From assembly GCF_009914755.1 (NCBI RefSeq), contig NC_060929.1: 64,000 nt of DNA, one strand, 5' to 3'. Made by a program: the position numbers and the translations under genes. The notes under the pieces are model-generated. The model ran no database searches and had not been told where the DNA came from. It saw only the letters and a program-made list of their open reading frames with translations. This document shows positions 60,528 to 64,000 of the stretch, piece after piece. This DNA is from the human T2T-CHM13v2.0 reference genome, Homo sapiens. Position 1 is the stretch's first letter; every line of letters starts with the position of its first letter.

Positions 60528-61759
60528 TTCTCTTACAGTTCTGCAGATCAGAAGTCCAAAATGGGTCTTAAAAAGCAAAAATCAGGAAGTCAGCAGCTGG
60601 TTTCTGTAGATGGCTTCAAGGGAGAACCTGTTCCTTGCCTTTTCCACTTACAGAGACTAATTTGCATTCTTTGGCTCCTGGCTTTATCACTGCCATCTGT
60701 GCTTCCTTAGTCACCTTGCCTCCTCCTTTTCCAGAGCATTTCTGCTTCAATCTTGTATGAATAGTTGTGATTACATTCAGAGCTTCTGAAGAGATGGGAC
60801 AAACTAAAGTGTTTTCTTTTTCTATTCTCACATACTAAACACAGAATATTTCACCTCCAGTCACCAAAATGTGTGGGAATTTCTCCCCAGCAGAAATTAA
60901 TCAGTTCTCCAGCAGACACCAACTGGGTGTCCTACAATTTAATTCAATTCTGATACTCTACCTGGAGGTAGTATCAGGTCCTATAGGTTAAGGGCTCAAT
61001 CCCACAAGGCTATTCTTCTCTTGAGATGCCAATTGCAAGCCCTAGGTTGTGACGTGTGCTTCTGACCAATCTGCTATAAACCAGGCTTCCCATGATCCCC
61101 GCCTCTTCGGGTTTGATTAATTTGCGAACACAGCTCACAGAACTCAAGGAAACACTTTACTTATGTTTACCCATTTATTATAAGGGAAGTGATGGATAAA
61201 AGGGGCATGGAGCATTTATGCTTTCTCTAGGCATGCCACCCTGAAGGAACCTCCACATGTTCAGCTATCCCAAAGCTCCTCAACTGACATCCTTTTGGGT
61301 TCCTATGGAGGCTTAATTGCATAGGCATGGTTAATTACATCATTGACAACTGGTGATCAACTCAACCCATCTCCCCTCCCCAGGGGTCAGGAGATAGATA
61401 GAGCTGAAAGTCCCAAACTGTAGTCAGCCTTTGGTCATTCTGGTGGCCTGCCTATATCCTGAAGCTATCCAGGGGCTGCCAGACACCAGTCATCTCATTA
61501 GCAAACAAAAGACACTCATCACTTCAGAGATTCCAGGAATTGTAGGAGCTATGTGCCAGGAACTGGAACAGAGATTCTCTCTCTGTTTCCTATTATATCG
61601 CAATATCACAGGGCCTATTCAGATAATCCAGGAAAATCTCCCCATCTCAAGATCCTTAACCACATATATGAAGTCCCTTTGCCATATAAGGTAACATATT
61701 CACAGGTTTCACGGATTACAACGTGGGCATATTTAGTGGTCATTGTTCTGCCTACCACA
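60528..61759 (-). mobile_element. MLT1-family LTR interrupted by MER21
   Basis: 'ctcttacagttctgcagatcagaagtccaaaat...gtgattacatt' continues after MER21 as 'gggcctattcagataatccagg...ctgcctaccaca'. Confidence 0.75.
60787..61610 (-). mobile_element. MER21-family solo LTR
   Basis: 'caccaaaatgtgtggg...cagacaccaactgggtgtcctacaatttaattcaattctga...cagctcacagaactcaaggaaacact...aatatcaca'. Confidence 0.75.
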
Positions 61760-64000
61760 CTAAGTATTATTTTAGTTGCTTATAAAGAGCTAAGAGCAAG
61801 ATGACCCCTGCCCTCAATTAATTTTCATTCTAATATTTTTACTTTTAAACAGTTACCTCTTGAGGTCACTCAGGCAAAAAGAGTGCCAAGAGTGGGTGAG
61901 GATGAGCCTGGGAGAAAAAGTAAGGAAGTCAAACAAACCCCAGAAGCATGCAAAGGAGGCAAAGGCAGACTGGTGTGAGGATCTGCGTCAGTAATCAGGA
62001 CCCTAAAATAGCAAGGAGCCTAAGGCACGAGCAGGAAAAGGAGACAGAAGTTCAGGCACAAGATACCAGGAAAAAGGCCGTGAAAGAGAAGGTACTGCTG
62101 TATCAGGCAGCCAATCTTCTCATTCCTTTCCCACTGGGACTGATGTAAATCCTAAGGAACAATGGAGGCAACTATTGGGTCAACATAGTTGAAATAGAGA
62201 TCGCAAAAACAGAAATTAAAAAAAAAAAAACAAAAAACCCTACATTGATTCATGCATAGATAACTCCTAGAATACCCAAGGTCTATCAACTTTCCTTTTG
62301 AAAATTCTTTAAGTTGATTCATATTGATCTCATTCTGCTTGACTCAATGATAACACAAGTCTATTACTTTCCATACACCAGCAGGAAGTACTACTCACTT
62401 GATTTAAAAGTCTCTAAATAAGAATCTGTTTATAACTTGATAAAAATGTATAATCCCCTTGGCTCCTCTATCTTTTTGCCTTCTGAGAACTTTTGATCCT
62501 TGCATTACGTCTCATTGATTCCTCTTTGACATGAATTCTTAGTATTTTACGAATATTCCATCTTGGCTTTCCATATATGAATACACATAGGCCACATTGC
62601 TTCTCAGAAGAGATATTTACTCTCTTTATGTGAGCATTTAGCATCTGTCTAGTAATGAGAGTACAATCTTTATGTATGGGCCATAAAAACTTCAAACTGA
62701 TGAAAAGTATCTGTCTGTTTAAAACATACATTTTGCTGCCTTCTCCCGAATCCCAAAACATGTACCTAAATAGTTTTGTGGACAACAACATTCTACATCC
62801 ATATAAGCAAACTTGTAGAATTTGGTACATTATTTTATCCATTCTTTATTGTAATATAATGTTGTGACTCCATCAGAATTAGCCAATATAGAGCCATTCT
62901 TCAAGTTAATAGATTATTCTCATTATTCAGCACAGCTATCAATTACCACTGAATACCATAATAAGTGAATTTCTTCTAATCCTGCTCTTGGGAGAGTATG
63001 AACATTTGAGGTCACCAGAGAACAAGAGCAAAAGATAAGATTCAGGGGGGAGGAAAACGTGAGCATAGGTGTATGTGAATATACCTCTATGTATGTTTAT
63101 AAAAGTCAAGTCTGGAGGAATTCACTTCTAGCATAAAAGAAACTGATTTCAAGTTATAAAATATAAAGTATCCCCTAAAGAAAATGATTACTAAATAACC
63201 TCAGAAAATACATCCAAAGTACCACCTTCTTGCTTTCCAGTTACACTTTGGTTATTTCACCCTATATCAACACCCTCAAAACACAGGCAAAGTTAAAAAG
63301 CTAGGGCACTGGAAAGGAACAATTTCTCTCCCCTCCTTTCCTTTTTTCTCCTGCACCACCATCAGCTGAATAATACATATAACCTTCCTTTTTTATCAAA
63401 AGCAACAGCTGGCAAATTGTTAAACTGTTTGGAAAATTCTGACAAAGTAATGTTAGTTTAAGACAATGCTATCTGACATAAACTTGTCGCATTAGACAGA
63501 TTAAAAAGACTAATGGAACTATAAGAAAAGAAATAAAAAAGGTCATTGTGCCACAGTAAGATCTTGCCCTGGGCTTGGTCTATAGACAATAGATCTGAAA
63601 TTGCAGCTGACTGATGCCATTTAAAAGGGAAAGAAGAATCCAACTAAAGGGACCTCTACTAACGCCTCACCCGACCTGTCATTCTTTGGAACACCAGCAT
63701 GTATAGTTGTAAAAGACGGAATGTAATTATTCTCTATTTTCTCTAGTCACAATTTGAAATGTCAATTTGCATAGCTTGCAAAGCAAACATAGTTTAAAGC
63801 ATATTTTTCATTGTATTTTTATTATTTCCCCTTTGAATCTTCCCCATCAGTAATATACCAGACTGCCTTTTTCCCCTTATATGAGTGTTTGTGTGTATGT
63901 AATAGATGATAACCAGAAAACATTAATGAATATCATTGGTGTTTTTATACACATAAGGAAAAAAGGTTTGTGAGATTTTCTTCATGCATAATATAAACAT

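Noticed and set aside
62468-62842. 124-aa minus-strand ORF
   Set aside because: No recognisable domain, no supporting splice or promoter context, and a length reachable by chance in 64 kb.

Overview
AT-rich, CpG-poor primate (probably human) intronic or intergenic DNA. I see no recognisable cellular protein-coding exon, RNA gene or CpG island. Every ORF with recognisable protein similarity is a disrupted LINE-1 ORF1/ORF2 fragment; the others translate Alu, MaLR or random sequence. More than half of the window is transposon-derived. The main structure is a nest at 13151-29528: an MST-type MaLR provirus is interrupted by a 5'-inverted L1PB-type element, which was itself hit by a full-length L1PA11-13-type element and a near-full-length L1PA4/5-type element carrying a 3.5-kb twin-priming inversion. 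The target-site duplications (TSDs) are readable at each L1 layer. Other nests are THE1A inside a third 5'-inverted L1, Tigger3 inside Tigger4 inside an old L1, and MER21 inside MLT1. There is also a near-full-length L1MA-type element, five Alus plus a FLAM, microsatellites, several exact short templated duplications, and a few candidate non-coding exons and enhancers. I found no convincing new biological system. The most novel candidate is the inversion that points an L1 antisense promoter into the sense 3' half of ORF2. Subfamily names come from remembered consensus motifs, not from a database search.
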